A stretch of DNA of 26,336 bases from a virus. A program made the position numbers and the translations under genes. The first letter of the stretch is position 1; each line of letters opens with the position of its first letter. Location of the stretch: the UHGV virus genome UHGV-0273073; one strand, given 5' to 3'. Shown here piece by piece: positions 1-13,551 of the stretch. The notes beneath the pieces are model-generated. The model was not told where the DNA came from. It did not search any database and saw only the letters and a program-made list of their open reading frames with translations.

Positions 1-231
1 TTCCAGAACCATACGGACTGCCCGTTGACGGACTTCGGGGGAAAAACGAGTATTTTTAGTCATCCTGTTTACCTCTTTCTCAGGAAGTTTAGTCTCCAGG
101 ATTCCCGGGGCGGTTCACAGTGGGCTGCAATCGGTGTGCTGGGTAGCCTGGTTTTTGGCCTGCTGACGTATCTGACAAATCTTTATTTCAAGATTAAAGA
201 AGACAGGCGTAAGGCTGCGAGAGGAGAGTAA
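1..231 (+). CDS. Holin-like protein, 5'-partial at window edge; only the C-terminal TMD plus basic tail looks holin-like
   Basis: ORF track 25..231, frame open to base 1. C-terminal ~40 aa [38 protein letters not shown] is one hydrophobic helix plus Lys/Arg-rich tail, as in S21/pinholin-type holins. Sits directly upstream of the endolysin-spanin cassette. The in-window N-terminal part (…[24 protein letters not shown]) has no TMD. Confidence 0.5.
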   Translation, partial: FQNHTDCPLTDFGGKTSIFSHPVYLFLRKFSLQDSRGGSQWAAIGVLGSLVFGLLTYLTNLYFKIKEDRRKAARGE

Positions 232-235
232 TCCA

Positions 236-543
236 ATGACTCAAGACTATGAACTGGTTGTGAAAGGAGTCCGTAATTTTGAGAATAAAGTTACGGTAAC
301 TGTAGCCTTACAGGACAAAGAACGCTTTGACGGTGAAATTTTTGACCTGGATGTCGCCATGGACCGTGTTGAAGGAGCTGCGCTGGAGTTTTATGAGGCA
401 GCAGCCAGAAGGAGCGTCCGGCAAGTCTTCCTGGAAGTAGCAGAAAAATTGTCAGAAAAAGTTGAGTCTTATCTGCAGCATCAGTACTCCTTTAAGATTG
501 AAAATCCTGCCAATAAGCACGAGCGTCCTCATCATAAATATCT

Positions 544-547
<4 letters not shown>
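236..547 (+). CDS. Hypothetical 103-aa protein between holin and endolysin (position and size match YdfR/DUF1327-like proteins of Qin-type prophages)
   Basis: ORF track 236..547; its stop overlaps the endolysin ATG (544); assignment by synteny and recollection only. Confidence 0.55.
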
Positions 548-1571
<1,024 letters not shown>

Positions 1572-1933
1572 GGTAATATTAAATCGGAACATTTACATCG
1601 CGGAATGTAAAATTTAAATAAAAAGGACTCTTCCATGAGCCAAAATTCCTGAAATCTTAAGGGTAAGATAAAAGGTCTTAATCAGAATGACACGTTTTAT
1701 TAATAAATAAAGCTATTCTTTCATTGCTGTGTTTTTCTTTACAAAAGTAATCCTTGCTATGGGTGGTTAATCATGCGTTAATGGTGTTCTGGTTTGTTAC
1801 AAATTTATCTGAAGCAGTCATTGTTATAATTTTATTATTTGTACCTCTTGAGATTTCCTTGTTGGTTTTTCTCTCTGATATTTTTTTTCGGACCATTCTG
1901 CCCAAGGGCTAATTTCTTCAAAAGGTAATAATT

Positions 1934-2146
1934 ATGTCTAACAAAATGACTGGTTTAGTGAAATGGTTTAACCCTGAAAAAGGTTTTGGTTTCATCACGC
2001 CGAAAGATGGCAGCAAAGATGTGTTTGTCCATTTCTCAGCAATTCAGAGCAACGATTTCAAAACATTAACTGAGAATCAGGAAGTTGAATTTGGTATTGA
2101 GAACGGACCTAAAGGTCCTGCCGCTGTTCATGTTGTGGCGCTTTGA
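1934..2146 (+). CDS. CspA-family cold-shock protein (CspI/CspB-like prophage paralog)
   Basis: 70 aa, [14 protein letters not shown] and [11 protein letters not shown] motifs; preceded by a long AT-rich leader (1572..1933). Confidence 0.95.
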   Translation: MSNKMTGLVKWFNPEKGFGFITPKDGSKDVFVHFSAIQSNDFKTLTENQEVEFGIENGPKGPAAVHVVAL

Positions 2147-2345
2147 GGTAGACAATATTACAAACCATATTCACTTTAGATGCCCGTGTTGTCATGGTTC
2201 CCAGTATAGAACATCATCTTTTGATGTTTCTGACATGAATCCTTTCGGGGCAAAATGTATCTTTTGTAAATCAATGATGATTACATTTGATAATATTTCA
2301 CAATACTTAAATGCCAGCCGTCTGTCGTTGGATTTAAAAAAGTGA
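2130..2345 (+). CDS. Possible small zinc-ribbon protein (CPCC…C..C), start uncertain
   Basis: ORF track 2085..2345; internal Met at 2130; Cys pattern FRCPCCHG…AKCIFCK; immediately followed by an intrinsic terminator. Confidence 0.3.
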   Translation: MLWRFEVDNITNHIHFRCPCCHGSQYRTSSFDVSDMNPFGAKCIFCKSMMITFDNISQYLNASRLSLDLKK

Positions 2346-2351
2346 AAATGA

Positions 2352-2373
2352 AGGCTCCTTCGGGAGCTTTTTT
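2352..2373 (+). terminator. Rho-independent terminator after the csp/zinc-ribbon unit
   Basis: GCTCC-TTCG-GGAGC hairpin (2354..2367) followed by a T-run (2368..2373). Confidence 0.65.
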
Positions 2374-2417
2374 GCTTGGTGTCTATTCGATGGATACTCA
2401 CATACTACGGTAACATC

Positions 2418-2648
2418 ATGAAAAAAATCATAGTTTTTTTTAACTCTGAACCAGCAGTGGTAGTGCCAGCGATGACTGGAGTTAACACCATCATGCGTGA
2501 ATATCCAAATGGCGAAAAAACACACCTTACTGTAATGGCCGCAGGGTTTCCATCTCTGACCGGAGATCATAAAGTCATTTATGTAGCCGCGGATCGACAT
2601 GTTACTTCAGAAGAAATTCTGGAAGCAGCAATAAGGCTCTTGAGTTGA
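2418..2648 (+). CDS. Hypothetical 76-aa protein
   Basis: ORF track 2376..2648; ATG at 2418 (MKKIIVFF…) is the first ATG after the terminator. Confidence 0.5.
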   Translation: MKKIIVFFNSEPAVVVPAMTGVNTIMREYPNGEKTHLTVMAAGFPSLTGDHKVIYVAADRHVTSEEILEAAIRLLS

Positions 2649-2816
2649 TTTGATGCTATTGCATTGATAATTCAGGAAAATTCTCTTTGTCTGTTTGTGT
2701 AAAATTTAGACTATCGTATGTTGATTATTGCGATGTTTCATCTTATCTTTTACACGTTTGCACCATATAATCGACTTACTGTGTAACTGGAAAGTCATAA
2801 CAGACTAAAAGAGGAA

Positions 2817-2993
2817 ATGATGAATATTGAAAACTTAAAAACAAAAGCAGAAGCAGATATTTCTGAATATATAACAAAAAAAATTATTGAACTTAAGAAA
2901 AAGACCGGGAAAGAAGTTACCAGTATTCAGTTTACCGCACGGGAAAAAATGACGGGTCTTGAAAGCTATGATGTCAAGATTAATTTAATCTGA
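2817..2993 (+). CDS. GnsA/GnsB-family small protein
   Basis: 58-aa ORF absent from the supplied track (below size cut-off). MMNIENLKTKAEADISEYITKKIIELKKKTGKEVTSIQFTAREKMTGLESYDVKINLI matches the Gns family. GAGG Shine-Dalgarno at 2811..2814; the second ATG (2820) is the more likely start. Confidence 0.8.
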   Translation: MMNIENLKTKAEADISEYITKKIIELKKKTGKEVTSIQFTAREKMTGLESYDVKINLI

Positions 2994-3144
2994 TGTATTC
3001 AATAATAAAATTTATCCATAAACCTCGTTTTTACGGGGTTTTGTTATATTTGAATGGTTCCGAATATCTAAATCACAATTGTTGATGGTTTTTATTAAAC
3101 CAATGCAGTCCGGCTCAGGAGTGAGAGAAGCCGGACGTTATGGT

Positions 3145-3570
3145 TTAGCGTGGTAAGATCTGTGTAGTTTTCTGGATGCTTTCAGTAAATAGTAATGAAT
3201 TATCAAAGGTATAGTAATATCTTTTTTGTTCGTGGATATTTGTAACCCACCGAAAAACTCCTGCTTTAGCAAGGTTTCTTCTGTATTCCTGAAATGTGAT
3301 CTCTCTGGATTTCAGCTTATTAGAGGTCGTTTCTATAAGATGCCTATCCTTTGAAAATTTGACAGACACAATGTTTTTTAGGCCCTTTAATAACACTGTA
3401 TTATCATTTTTTAATACAATATGAACATTCTCTGTGGCTAAATAGTAAATGTAATGTGAGACATTGTGACGTTTTAGCTCAGAATAAAACCATTGATAGT
3501 TTAAATCGTTTCGAACTTTATCAAATATTTGTTTAAAAATGACTACCTGATCCATAGATAAACCTTCCAT
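3145..3570 (-). CDS. DUF1398-like (YdfO/YbcV-like) prophage protein; likely start at second Met (3555)
   Basis: ORF track 3145..3570 (141 aa); family assignment from recollection and synteny with Qin-type prophages. Confidence 0.6.
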
Positions 3571-3612
3571 GTGATATGAGGGGGCGTAGTCTGCACGATT
3601 ATCTAAATTGCT

Positions 3613-3846
3613 TCAATCTGGTCTGACCTGTTTTCTGAGCAATTCAGTAATGTCACTCTTTTCTTTGTTTGCTTCAGAAGAAACTCTTTTTTCTGAGCAC
3701 AGTCTCCGGCGGCAGGCTTCAATGACCCAGGCTGAGAAATTCCCGGACCCTTTTTGCTCAAGAGCGATGTTAATTTGTTCAATCATTTGGTTAGGAAAGC
3801 GGATGTTGCGGGTTGTTGTTCTGCGGGTTCTGTTCTTCGTTGACAT
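3613..3846 (-). CDS. Small ribbon-helix-helix-like DNA-binding protein
   Basis: 77 aa; NIRFPNQMIEQINIALEQKGSGNFSAWVIEACRRRL has a beta-strand/helix/helix layout typical of CopG/Arc-type RHH; basic N-terminus. Confidence 0.5.
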   Translation of the reverse strand: MSTKNRTRRTTTRNIRFPNQMIEQINIALEQKGSGNFSAWVIEACRRRLCSEKRVSSEANKEKSDITELLRKQVRPD

Positions 3847-4015
3847 GAGGTTGCCCCGTATTCAGTGTCGCTGATTTGTATTGTCTGAAGTTGTTTTTAC
3901 GTTAAGTTGATGCAGATCAATTAATACGATACCTGCGTCATAATTGATTATTTGACGTGGTTTGATGGCCTCCACGCACGTTGTGATATGTAGATGATAA
4001 TCATTATCACTTTAC

Positions 4016-4223
4016 GGGTCCTTTCCGGTGATCCGACAGGTTACGGGGCGGCGACCTCGCGGGTTTTCGCTATTTATGAAAATTTTCCGGTTTAAGGCGT
4101 TTCCGTTCTTCTTCGTCATAACTTAATGTTTTTATTTAAAATACCCTCTGAAAAGAAAGGAAACGACAGGTGCTGAAAGCGAGCTTTTTGGCCTCTGTCG
4201 TTTCCTTTCTCTGTTTTTGTCCG
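4016..4223 (+). promoter_or_regulatory. cos: Prophage cos site (cosQ-cosN-cosB); cosN 12-nt cohesive-end sequence GGGCGGCGACCT at 4046..4057
   Basis: Sequence matches the lambda genome termini as I recall them (…GGTGATCCGACAGGTTACG | GGGCGGCGACCTCGCGGGTTTTCGCTATTTATGAAAATTTTCCGG…); lies immediately upstream of Nu1. Confidence 0.9.
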
Positions 4224-4234
4224 TGGAATGAGCA

Positions 4235-4754
4235 ATGGAAGTCAACAAAAAGCAGCTGGCTGACATTTTCGGTGCGAGTATCCGTACCATTCAGAACTGG
4301 CAGGAACAGGGAATGCCCGTTCTGCGAGGCGGTGGCAAGGGTAATGAGGTGCTTTATGACTCTGCCGCCGTCATAAAATGGTATGCCGAAAGGGATGCTG
4401 AAATTGAGAACGAAAAGCTGCGCCGGGAGGTTGAAGAACTGCGGCTGGCCAGCGAGACAGATCTCCAGCCAGGGACTATTGAGTATGAACGCCATCGACT
4501 TACGCGTGCGCAGGCCGACGCACAGGAGCTGAAAAATGCCAGAGACTCCGCTGAAGTGGTGGAAACCGCATTCTGTACTTTCGTGCTGTCGCGGATCGCA
4601 GGTGAAATTGCCAGTATTCTCGACGGGATCCCCCTGTCGGTGCAGCGGCGTTTTCCGGAACTGGAAAACCGACATGTTGATTTCCTGAAACGGGATATCA
4701 TCAAAGCCATGAACAAAGCAGCCGCGCTGGATGAACTGATACCGGGGTTGCTGA

Positions 4755-4780
<26 letters not shown>
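4235..4780 (+). CDS. Nu1: Terminase small subunit
   Basis: 181 aa; MEVNKKQLADIFGASIRTIQNWQEQGMPVLRGGGKGNEVLYDSAAVIKWY… essentially as lambda Nu1; winged-HTH N-terminus. Confidence 0.97.
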
Positions 4781-8461
<3,681 letters not shown>

Positions 8462-8481
<20 letters not shown>

Positions 8482-9793
8482 TCTCCCGCATATTGCCAGC
8501 ATGGCCTTTAATGAGCCGCTGATGCTTGAACCCGCCTATGCGCGGGTTTTCTTTTGTGCGCTTGCAGGCCAGCTTGGGATCAGCCGCCTGACGGATGCGG
8601 TGTCCGGCGACAGCCTGACTGCCCAGGAGGCACTCGCGACGCTGGCATTATCCGGTGATGATGACGGACCACGACAGGCCCGCAGTTATCAGGTCATGAA
8701 CGGCATCGCCGTGCTGCCGGTGTCCGGCACGCTGGTCAGCCGGACGCGGGCGCTGCAGCCGTACTCGGGGATGACCGGTTACAACGGCATTATCGCCCGT
8801 CTGCAACAGGCTGCCAGCGACCCGATGGTGGACGGCATTCTGCTCGATATGGACACGCCAGGCGGAATGGTGGCGGGGGCATTTGACTGCGCTGACATCA
8901 TCGCCCGTGTGCGTGACATAAAACCGGTATGGGCGCTGGCCAACGACATGAACTGCAGTGCAGGTCAGCTGCTTGCCAGTGCCGCCTCCCGGCGTCTGGT
9001 CACGCAGACCGCCCGGACAGGCTCCATCGGCGTCATGATGGCTCACAGTAATTACGGTGCTGCCCTGGAGAAACAGGGTGTGGAAATCACGCTGATTTAC
9101 AGCGGCAGCCATAAGGTGGATGGCAATCCCTACAGCCATCTTCCGGATGACGTCCGGGAGACACTGCAGTCCCGGATGGACGCAACCCGCCAGATGTTTG
9201 CGCAGAAGGTGTCGGCATATACCGGCCTGTCTGTGCAGGCTGTGCTGGATACCGAGGCTGCAGTGTACAGCGGTCAGGAGGCCATTGATGCCGGACTGGC
9301 TGATGAACTTGTTAACAGCACCGATGCGATCACCGTCATGCGTGATGCACTGGATGCGCGTAAATCCCGTCTCTCAGGAGGGCGAATGACCAAAGAGACT
9401 CAATCAACAACTGTTTCAGCCACTGCTTCGCAGGCTGACGTTACTGACGTGGTGCCAGCGACGGAGGGCGAAAACGCCAGCGCGGCGCAGCCGGACGTGA
9501 ACGCGCAGATCACCGCAGCGGTTGCGGCAGAAAACAGCCGCATTATGGGGATCCTCAACTGTGAGGAGGCTCACGGACGCGAAGAACAGGCGCGCGTTCT
9601 GGCAGAAACCCCCGGAATGACCGTGGAAACGGCCCGCCGCATTCTGGCTGCAGCACCACAGAGTGCACAGGCGCGCAGTGACACTGCGCTGGATCGTCTG
9701 ATGCAGGGTACACCGGCACCGCTGGCTGCAGGTAACCTGGCATCTGATACCAATAAAGAATTACTTAATACACCTGAAGCTTTACCGGTATAA
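8462..9793 (+). CDS. C: Prohead protease / scaffold fusion (ClpP/SppA-like protease domain)
   Basis: Starts VTAELRNLPHIASMAFNEPLMLEPAYARVFF (GTG 8462) inside the longer track ORF 8315..9793; overlaps the B 3' end; lambda gpC-like. Confidence 0.95.
9386..9793 (+). CDS. Nu3: Scaffolding protein Nu3, in-frame internal start within C
   Basis: ATG at 9386 in the C frame, preceded by CAGGAGGG; MTKETQSTTVSATASQ… as lambda Nu3. Confidence 0.85.
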   Translation: MTKETQSTTVSATASQADVTDVVPATEGENASAAQPDVNAQITAAVAAENSRIMGILNCEEAHGREEQARVLAETPGMTVETARRILAAAPQSAQARSDTALDRLMQGTPAPLAAGNLASDTNKELLNTPEALPV

Positions 9794-9802
9794 GAGGCAG
9801 TT

Positions 9803-10135
9803 ATGGCGACAAAAGAAGAGTTTAACCATTACCAGCCGCTGGGTAACAGTGATCCGGCTCATACAGCAATTGCGCCTGGCGGATTGAGTGCGAAAACGCC
9901 TGCAATGACCCCGCTGATGCTGGATGGCACTACCCGTAAGCTGGTTGTGTGGGATGGCACCACCGACGGTGCAGCCGTTGGCATTCTGGCGGTTGCTGCT
10001 GACCAGACCAGCACCACACTGACGTTCTACAAGTCCGGCTCGTTTCGTTATGAGGATGTGCTCTGGCCGGAGGCTGCCAGCGACGAGACTAAAAAACGGA
10101 CCGCGTTTGCCGGAACGGCAATCAGCATCGTTTAA
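9803..10135 (+). CDS. D: Head decoration protein
   Basis: 110 aa; …[75 protein letters not shown], lambda gpD-like. Confidence 0.97.
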   Translation: MATKEEFNHYQPLGNSDPAHTAIAPGGLSAKTPAMTPLMLDGTTRKLVVWDGTTDGAAVGILAVAADQTSTTLTFYKSGSFRYEDVLWPEAASDETKKRTAFAGTAISIV

Positions 10136-10155
10136 TCTTCCCCTTCATCAACAAA

Positions 10156-10177
10156 GGCCGCCTGTGCGGCTTTTTTT
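10156..10177 (+). terminator. Stem-loop plus T-run in the D-E intergenic region (partial terminator/attenuator)
   Basis: GCCGC (10157..10161) - CTGT - GCGGC (10166..10170) followed by seven T (10171..10177). Confidence 0.5.
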
Positions 10178-10190
10178 ATGGAAATAATTT

Positions 10191-10466
10191 ATGTCTGTAT
10201 ATACAACTGCAGAATTACTGGCATCGACCCAGCATCACTTTAAGTTCGATCCGCTGTTTCTGCGCCTGTTTTTCCGTGAAACCTATCCTTTCACCACGGA
10301 AAAAGTCTATCTCTCACAAATTCCGGGACTGGTAAACATGGCGCTGTACGTTTCGCCGATTGTTTCCGGTGAGGTTATCCGATCCCGTGGCGGCTCCACC
10401 TCTGAATTTACGCCGGGTTATGTCAAACCCAAGCACTTAGCATGGCTTTCTGAGGCTTTCGTGTAG
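10191..10466 (+). pseudogene. E: Major capsid protein E, 5' fragment: codons 1-82 (10191..10436) fused to 9 island-encoded codons then stop
   Basis: MSVYTTAELLASTQHHFKFDPLFLRLFFRETYPFTTEKVYLSQIPGLVNMALYVSPIVSGEVIRSRGGSTSEFTPGYVKPKH is lambda gpE N-terminus; homology ends exactly after His82, followed by LAWLSEAFV*. Confidence 0.92.
10426..10435. repeat. Left copy of 10-bp direct repeat AACCCAAGCA (putative attL core)
   Basis: Identical 10-mer at 20558..20567; both copies sit at the breakpoints of E homology. Confidence 0.8.
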
Positions 10467-10563
10467 TTGCTGGTTTTTACACTTAATCTTTTGATAATAA
10501 AGAATAAGTTTATCTGGCGCTTTCACTGGATTTTCCTCGTTATCTGTGTGTTGCAATCATCTC

Positions 10564-10583
10564 TGTATTGCAGCTTGTATTGC
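10564..10583. repeat. Arm-type direct repeats TGTATTGCA / TGTATTGC at 12-bp phasing (left arm, between attL core and int)
   Basis: The same 9-mer occurs three times at 12-bp phasing on the right arm (20449..20481). Confidence 0.65.
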
Positions 10584-10598
10584 TTTTTGGGGCTAAAA

Positions 10599-11834
10599 AT
10601 GGCTGGCGAGAACAAACTGAGCGACAAAGCACTTAAAGGATATCTGGGGAAACCCAGAGAAAAGCAGATCACCATTGCTGATGGAAAGGGGCTTTCTATT
10701 CGTGTGAGTACCAAGGGGGCTGTGAGCTTTGTTTTCTTCTACAGGTTAGCAGGTGGCCGGGCTGCTCCGGTCTGGCTAACGTTGGGTAAATATCCTGATA
10801 TGTCACTCAAACAGGCAAGAGAAAAGCGCGACGAGTGCCGTGGTTGGTTGGCTGACAAACGTGATCCGCGTATCCAGATTAAGATTCAGGCTGAAGAACG
10901 CTTAAAGCCGGTCACAGTGGAGGATGCACTAAATTACTGGTATGAAAATTACTGTAAGGTGCGTCGTAAAACTCATGCTGTAACGCTTGGCAGATTTCGA
11001 AAGCATATCTTTCCCTATATCGGTCATTTGCCCGTAAATGACACTCACCTATATGAATGGCTGGACTGTTTTGACCGAATTAAACGTAATGCACCAGTTA
11101 TGGCGGCGTATGTTTTTTCTGACACTAAATTAGCTCTTCGTTTTTGTCGGGTACGCCAGTACGCGACGTGTGATGCTTTAAAGGATTTGCGCATGAGTGA
11201 TGTGGGGCAGATTGCAGGTAAGCGGGATCGGGTTCTGGATGAAGCCGAACTGGGCCAGCTCTGGAAGGCAATTTTTGTCGAGCCTGATTTAAAACTAATG
11301 TCTGAATACACGCGAAAAATGTTTGTGCTTTGTACAGTATTTGGATGTCGAATGAGTGAAGCCCGATTATCAGAATGGAGCGAATGGGATCTAGAAAGTT
11401 GGGTTTGGACTGTACCAAAAGAACACTCAAAAACCGGTGTTGAAATCGTCAGACCAGTACCTGAAATTCTACGACAGTGGGTAACGGATGTTCACGAAGA
11501 GACAAAACATACTGGTTATGTGCTGGGAAGTCTGCGAATTAGAGAAAGCGTAAGCAAGATTGGGGGGAAAATCGGTAAACGTTTGGGCCATGAAAAACAA
11601 TGGTCACTACACGACCTTAGAAGAACGCTATCTACTCATCTAAGTGATCTCGGTGTTGAATTTTATGTAGTAGAACAACTGTTAGGCCATGCGCTACCTG
11701 GCGTGGCAGGTGTTTACAACCGGAGTAAGTTTATGGCTAAAAAACTGGATGCTCTGGAACTCTGGACTACATATCTCAATAGCATCGCAGGTGCTGATTC
11801 AAAAGTGACAATCCTCAAACAAAAGGCTGGTTAA
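10599..11834 (+). CDS. int: Tyrosine site-specific integrase, P4 family (N-terminal arm-binding DUF4102-like domain)
   Basis: ATG at 10599 (MAGENKLSDKALKGYLGKP…); catalytic-region motifs HDLRRT and GVYNRSK (Tyr); the track's TTG-initiated extension 10467..10598 covers the arm repeats and is unlikely to be coding. Confidence 0.92.
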   Translation: MAGENKLSDKALKGYLGKPREKQITIADGKGLSIRVSTKGAVSFVFFYRLAGGRAAPVWLTLGKYPDMSLKQAREKRDECRGWLADKRDPRIQIKIQAEERLKPVTVEDALNYWYENYCKVRRKTHAVTLGRFRKHIFPYIGHLPVNDTHLYEWLDCFDRIKRNAPVMAAYVFSDTKLALRFCRVRQYATCDALKDLRMSDVGQIAGKRDRVLDEAELGQLWKAIFVEPDLKLMSEYTRKMFVLCTVFGCRMSEARLSEWSEWDLESWVWTVPKEHSKTGVEIVRPVPEILRQWVTDVHEETKHTGYVLGSLRIRESVSKIGGKIGKRLGHEKQWSLHDLRRTLSTHLSDLGVEFYVVEQLLGHALPGVAGVYNRSKFMAKKLDALELWTTYLNSIAGADSKVTILKQKAG

Positions 11835-11835
11835 C

Positions 11836-12066
11836 ATGAAAAAAATGGCAATTGTTGATAAAAAGGGTCTGGAGTACATTCCTAACATTGACCGAATGAT
11901 CCGTGAGAAAGAATGTCGGGAGCTAACCACTCTTGCGAACAGCACACGCTGGAAGCTGGAGAAGGAAGGAAAATTTCCTAAGCGGATCAAGATTGGTTCC
12001 ACTGCTGTTGCATATCGTCTTTCAGAAGTGCAGGCATGGATTCGAGGTGAGTGGGAAACAACTTAA
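11836..12066 (+). CDS. AlpA-family HTH regulator / excisionase-like protein
   Basis: 76 aa; core RELTTLANSTRWKLEKEGKFPKRIKIGSTAVAYRLSEVQAWI fits the AlpA/Xis pattern; directly downstream of int as in P4-like elements and PICIs. Confidence 0.75.
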   Translation: MKKMAIVDKKGLEYIPNIDRMIREKECRELTTLANSTRWKLEKEGKFPKRIKIGSTAVAYRLSEVQAWIRGEWETT

Positions 12067-12082
12067 CTATTAGGTGGGCATT

Positions 12083-12904
12083 GTGGCTATATTTCATTAT
12101 ACAGATCTTTTTGGTTTGAAAGGTATATTAGACTCTAATTCTTTATGGGCTACAAACATATATTTCTTAAATGATAAAGAGGAGTCTAACCATGGATGTG
12201 AATGCTTTCGAAATACAATTAAAATAGTTGATGACAATATCATTCCAAAAGATAAGAAAACTATTTTGCTCAAGTCTCTTGACATGTATGAGAAAGGGAG
12301 GTTACAAAAAGAAAAAGGGATTGATAAACATGTTTATAGCATCTCTTTTTGTAAGGAAAACGATAAGTTAAGTCAGTGGAGAGGTTACGGAAATAAACAG
12401 GGTGTTTGCATTGAGTTTGATGCGGATGAACTTGTGAGCTTTTCTCAAAATATTTATTTAAATTGTGTTGCACATGATGTTATATATTCAAATAATAACG
12501 ATGTTACTAAGATGAGTAAGGAGTTGGGGGCGTTTTTTTCTTGTAATGGTATTAATATTAAAGAAAAGAATGATCATTTTGTAACAATGGCCTCTACGTA
12601 TCAATTTATATCTAAATACATCCCATTTTTTAAACATCCTAGTTTTATCGAAGAAAATGAATTTAGATTGGTATTTACTCCGCGCATACTAATACCAGAT
12701 GTGCAATTCAGAATAAATAATAATGGTGTCATCCCTTATATCATCATTGGTAATAAAGATCATAGGAAGTTACCAATTAAAAGTATTACTATTGGCCCGA
12801 CAAACGATTATGATTTCATTGAGGCTGGTATAAAAATGTTCTTGGATTCAAAAGGATTTAGTTCAGTGGAAATTAAATCCTCATCAATTCCATTCAGGGG
12901 GTAA
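12083..12904 (+). CDS. Cargo protein of unknown function, AT-rich (possibly DUF2971-like)
   Basis: ORF track 12074..12904; GTG at 12083 preceded by AGGTGG; codon usage and AT content clearly differ from flanking genes; motifs IYFLNDKEE and YSISFCKENDKLSQWRGYGNKQGVCIEF. Confidence 0.7.
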   Translation: MAIFHYTDLFGLKGILDSNSLWATNIYFLNDKEESNHGCECFRNTIKIVDDNIIPKDKKTILLKSLDMYEKGRLQKEKGIDKHVYSISFCKENDKLSQWRGYGNKQGVCIEFDADELVSFSQNIYLNCVAHDVIYSNNNDVTKMSKELGAFFSCNGINIKEKNDHFVTMASTYQFISKYIPFFKHPSFIEENEFRLVFTPRILIPDVQFRINNNGVIPYIIIGNKDHRKLPIKSITIGPTNDYDFIEAGIKMFLDSKGFSSVEIKSSSIPFRG

Positions 12905-12949
12905 GGATTAACACTTTTAATCTATGATGTTATAAAAATGGTGGATAAA

Positions 12950-12969
12950 GGCGACCAGAATTGGTCGCC
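12950..12969. terminator. Hairpin between convergent cargo genes (possible bidirectional terminator)
   Basis: GGCGACCA-GAAT-TGGTCGCC, 8-bp perfect stem. Confidence 0.45.
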
Positions 12970-13035
12970 AATGTGAGTATATAGTTAGCCTTAATCAGAA
13001 TACGAGGTTGTCGACTGATAGGCAATGTGAACAGT

Positions 13036-13392
13036 TCAATATTTAGGTGGTTCAACAAGAGCGTTTATCATTGCTCTCAAATTATCGCGAACACTTATCC
13101 AAGTCTGTTCTGCTCGTTCTAACTCATCAGTGTACAACTTTAATGTTTTATCTATGCCATATGTGGCTATTAAATTTATAGCTTCTTGTAACTTTTCGGG
13201 ATTATTCCTTCTTGGGGGAGTGAATATACCACGGATTTTTCCGGTAATTAAAGCTTTACGGTGTCTACATAGAATACCTTTACTTCCTGCTGGACAATTG
13301 CAAGTCATGATTAGCGAGCCAGAATCGTTTGATACAGTGACTATGTATACATCCAAACTACTGCTACTTGTTGCGAAGAATTCGTATTTCAT
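13036..13392 (-). CDS. Small SWIM-type zinc-finger protein (CxC-x8-CxH)
   Basis: 118 aa; TCNCPAGSKGILCRHRKAL; strong AAGGAG Shine-Dalgarno 7 nt upstream of the ATG on the minus strand. Confidence 0.7.
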   Translation of the reverse strand: MKYEFFATSSSSLDVYIVTVSNDSGSLIMTCNCPAGSKGILCRHRKALITGKIRGIFTPPRRNNPEKLQEAINLIATYGIDKTLKLYTDELERAEQTWISVRDNLRAMINALVEPPKY

Positions 13393-13419
13393 GTGTTAGC
13401 TCCTTGACTTCAATTACTC

Positions 13420-13551
13420 TTATCCTTTTGGTTCAATACCGCGCCGTAGCAGCTCTTTGCGCCCTAATTCTTTAAGCCAGTTGGCTAGGCTTATGCCGTC
13501 GCTCTGCGCTTCTTTGTCGAATTGCTCTTTTAGCTCTGGAGAAATTCGCAT
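13420..13551 (-). CDS. Ribbon-helix-helix (CopG/Arc-like) protein, start uncertain
   Basis: MRISPELKEQFDKEAQSDGISLANWLKELGRKELLRRGIEPKG, C-terminal part of track ORF 13420..13734; 27 nt upstream of the SWIM gene on the same strand. Confidence 0.55.
   Translation of the reverse strand: MRISPELKEQFDKEAQSDGISLANWLKELGRKELLRRGIEPKG

Noticed and set aside
1593-1612. AT-rich hairpin TTTACAT-CGCGGA-ATGTAAA after Rz as a terminator
   Set aside because: Stem entirely AT with no following T-run; weak evidence, left unannotated.
10467-10598. N-terminal extension of the integrase ORF (TTG start, MLVFTLNLLIIKNKFIW…)
   Set aside because: Covers the arm-type repeats and attL-proximal DNA; the integrase homology starts at the ATG at 10599.
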